A stretch of DNA of 64,000 nucleotides, taken from a virus. Lineage: Duplodnaviria; Caudoviricetes. Positions within the stretch are counted from its first letter, which is position 1. The number at the start of each line of letters is the position of its first letter. Position numbers and translations under genes: made by a program. The DNA is taken from IMG/VR virus record IMGVR_UViG_3300037067_004608, positions 32,001 through 96,000 of that record; one strand, 5' to 3'. The notes below the pieces were generated by a model. That model did not search any database. It was not told the origin of the DNA and worked only from the letters and a program-made list of their open reading frames with translations. Below, one piece after another: positions 62,077 to 64,000 of the stretch.

Positions 62077-62564
62077 TGTCAGACTCAATAGAAGTTTACA
62101 CTGATGGCAGTGCACACAATCTAGGAGATGGAGAATATGCCAAAGCTGCATCTGCTATACATTCTATTGATCTTGGTATAACCAAAGGTTACTACCTTGG
62201 TGATGGAGTATCAAGCAATATGGCAGAGTATGAAGCCATAATTGCAGCTATGAAAATAGCAATAAATAAAGATGTCAAGAATCTAACTATTGTAAGCGAT
62301 TCAGAACTTTGTGTTAGACAAATCCTAAAGAATTGCTTAGGTAGACCTGGATATGCCTGTTCAGATCATAAGCTAATTCCAAGATTAGCTATAGTCAAAG
62401 AACTCATTGGATACTTTGCTTTCTTTGACATAGTACATAAGAAAAGAGAATTCAACTCTGAAGCTGATAAGGCCGCAGAGATAGCTGTAAAGGGTAGAAA
62501 TATTGTTCCTTTGCCTAGCACCTGGTCACAGGATGATGTTTCTACTAAGATAGAGAAGGAATAA
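62076..62564 (+). CDS. rnhA: Ribonuclease HI
   Basis: YTDGS, SNMAEYEA, SDSELCV.Q, REFNSEADK.A. Confidence 0.9.
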   Translation: MSDSIEVYTDGSAHNLGDGEYAKAASAIHSIDLGITKGYYLGDGVSSNMAEYEAIIAAMKIAINKDVKNLTIVSDSELCVRQILKNCLGRPGYACSDHKLIPRLAIVKELIGYFAFFDIVHKKREFNSEADKAAEIAVKGRNIVPLPSTWSQDDVSTKIEKE

Positions 62565-62569
62565 CTACA

Positions 62570-63727
62570 ATGATTATGAACTTCCTGCACACAGCAGATT
62601 TCCATTTTGGAGGTATTCCTGCTATCGGTAGAATAACTCCAATGGGAATCCGAGAAAGAGAATATGATCTAATTCGCTCTCTTGAAAATATCAAAGAAAT
62701 AGCCAGAAGCGAAACGACTGATGTGCTATTTGTTGCAGGAGATATATTTGACATAAGCAATCCTGACTCGACAACAAGAGTGTGCTGGTCACAATTCCTC
62801 ATATCTCTAATAAAGGGAGATGTCCCATCTCTCAAAAAAGTGTACATTGTTCTCGGAAACCATGATAAGCCAAATAACGATATAAAGGCAGTATCTCTAG
62901 GGGTTGATGGAGAATATATAGCAGGACTAAACTCTACACACGTTGATATAAAGATATCATCAGAAATAGAGTTTGAAATGTATAATGGCCACGGAATAAT
63001 ACTTGTTCCTTACAAAGATGATCCAGATCTTGTAAGGAGTTGTGTATCAGAGATATATAAAGAACATGAAAATGAATGCAACAACTTTGTTCTTGTTGGA
63101 CATATAGAGATAAAGGAAGCTGAACTTGGAGCAAATGATAGAAAACTCAAGTGTGGATTCTCATATAAAGATGAGATATTCTCCCTTCCAAAGCTAAAAT
63201 ATGCTGCCTTAGGTCATATACATAAGCCACAGTCCTTCATAAATCCAAATAGTAATGCAATCATAGCTTACTCTGGTTCTCCAATAAGCAAAGATTTCAA
63301 TGAAGCCTCAGATTGGAGAAGAGTAATAATTGGTTCAATAAGTGACTTAGGAGAACTTCAATATGATGAAGTTCAGGTACAAGATCGAGACTTCATAACA
63401 ATAGAAAATGGGAAAGGTCTTGATGATTTAACTTCAGATGTTGTAAATGGAAGTATAATAAAACTGAAGTTCAAAGGAACTCTTGAGTATCTACAGACCT
63501 TTAATACAACAGCAATAATAAGTAGACTCGAAGGAATGGGAGCTTTACAAGTAAAGGTAGATAGAGTCATCATAAAAGAAATCAAGACTGACGAGCGTAA
63601 TGATTTCAGAGAATCTACAAGTATAAGAACTGCATGTAGAACCTACATAGAAAGATTTGCGCCAAAGAGTCTTGATAAAGAGCTTCTCCTTACAATGGCA
63701 GATGCTAGAGTGAAAGGAATTAACTAA
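62570..63727 (+). CDS. sbcD: SbcD/Mre11 nuclease
   Basis: HTADFH, AGDIFD, GNHD, GH, ALGHIH, YSGSP. Confidence 0.92.
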   Translation: MIMNFLHTADFHFGGIPAIGRITPMGIREREYDLIRSLENIKEIARSETTDVLFVAGDIFDISNPDSTTRVCWSQFLISLIKGDVPSLKKVYIVLGNHDKPNNDIKAVSLGVDGEYIAGLNSTHVDIKISSEIEFEMYNGHGIILVPYKDDPDLVRSCVSEIYKEHENECNNFVLVGHIEIKEAELGANDRKLKCGFSYKDEIFSLPKLKYAALGHIHKPQSFINPNSNAIIAYSGSPISKDFNEASDWRRVIIGSISDLGELQYDEVQVQDRDFITIENGKGLDDLTSDVVNGSIIKLKFKGTLEYLQTFNTTAIISRLEGMGALQVKVDRVIIKEIKTDERNDFRESTSIRTACRTYIERFAPKSLDKELLLTMADARVKGIN

Positions 63728-64000
63728 TGCAATTAATGAAACTCAGCATAGAAGGTCTATTCTCTTATCAAGAGAAGAGTTCATTATGGCTAGATAAGCC
63801 AGGGCTTATCCTAGTAGATGGAGAAGTAGATAATGATAATGATAGCTCCAATGGAGCCGGAAAGACATCTATTATAGATGCAATATGCCTATGCTTATTC
63901 AAATGTACAACAAGAGGGACTGAGAATGACGATGTTGTCAATGATGAAATGGATTCTGGCTGGGCAGCATTGACATTCATAGCTGGTCAGGAATCTTATC
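63727..64000 (+). CDS. sbcC: SbcC/Rad50 ATPase, 5' part (runs off window)
   Basis: MQLMKLSIEGLFSY...SNGAGKTSIIDAI Walker A, directly after sbcD. Confidence 0.85.
   Translation, partial: MQLMKLSIEGLFSYQEKSSLWLDKPGLILVDGEVDNDNDSSNGAGKTSIIDAICLCLFKCTTRGTENDDVVNDEMDSGWAALTFIAGQESY

Noticed and set aside
1-64000. Alternative genetic code or stop-codon reassignment
   Set aside because: Conserved genes are full length in code 11, and TAA, TAG and TGA all terminate genes with coupled downstream starts.

Overview
The window is 64 kb of a large, apparently lytic dsDNA tailed phage using the standard genetic code; no integrase, tRNA or CRISPR array was seen. Layout: a leftward packaging arm (TerS, probable TerL start, GmhB); a compositionally distinct 1.4 kb cassette with sigma70-type promoters (3.3-4.7 kb); a leftward small-gene arm ending at an HNH gene; a divergent 0.9 kb ORF-free region; then about 52 kb of rightward genes. 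The rightward arm covers replication, recombination and repair (PolX, ATP ligase, SNF2, DnaC-like, DnaB, primase, sigma factor, UDG, UvsY-like, SSB, split DnaE, RecA, RNase H, SbcCD) and nucleotide/sugar metabolism (HddA-like kinase, FAD oxidoreductase, MazG-like/HAD fusion, methyltransferase fusion, ThyX, dUTPase, GT-B glycosyltransferase, NUDIX). It also holds a tmRNA flanked by other structured RNAs. Most unusual observations: (1) a dispersed element GCGTGAATTCACGCGAWTGCA-N13-RYTAGRCGGG, 8 copies at 7 loci every 4-15 kb, the single-copy loci sitting in ~50 bp flanks nearly free of CA/TG steps; (2) two distant paralogous unknown proteins with histone-H1-like tails, and a stand-alone poly-Glu microprotein, lying next to or within ~0.7 kb of these sites, together a candidate phage chromosome-organising system; (3) a gene wrapped in an rRNA-like boxA plus processing stem; (4) heptose-pathway plus glycosyltransferase genes suggesting an unusual DNA or virion glycosylation; (5) a shared N-terminal HSF[DE][DE] motif in three unrelated replication-region proteins. 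One secreted beta-helix protein points to an Armatimonadota host (recall, unverified). All family assignments are by eye from motifs; no database search was run.
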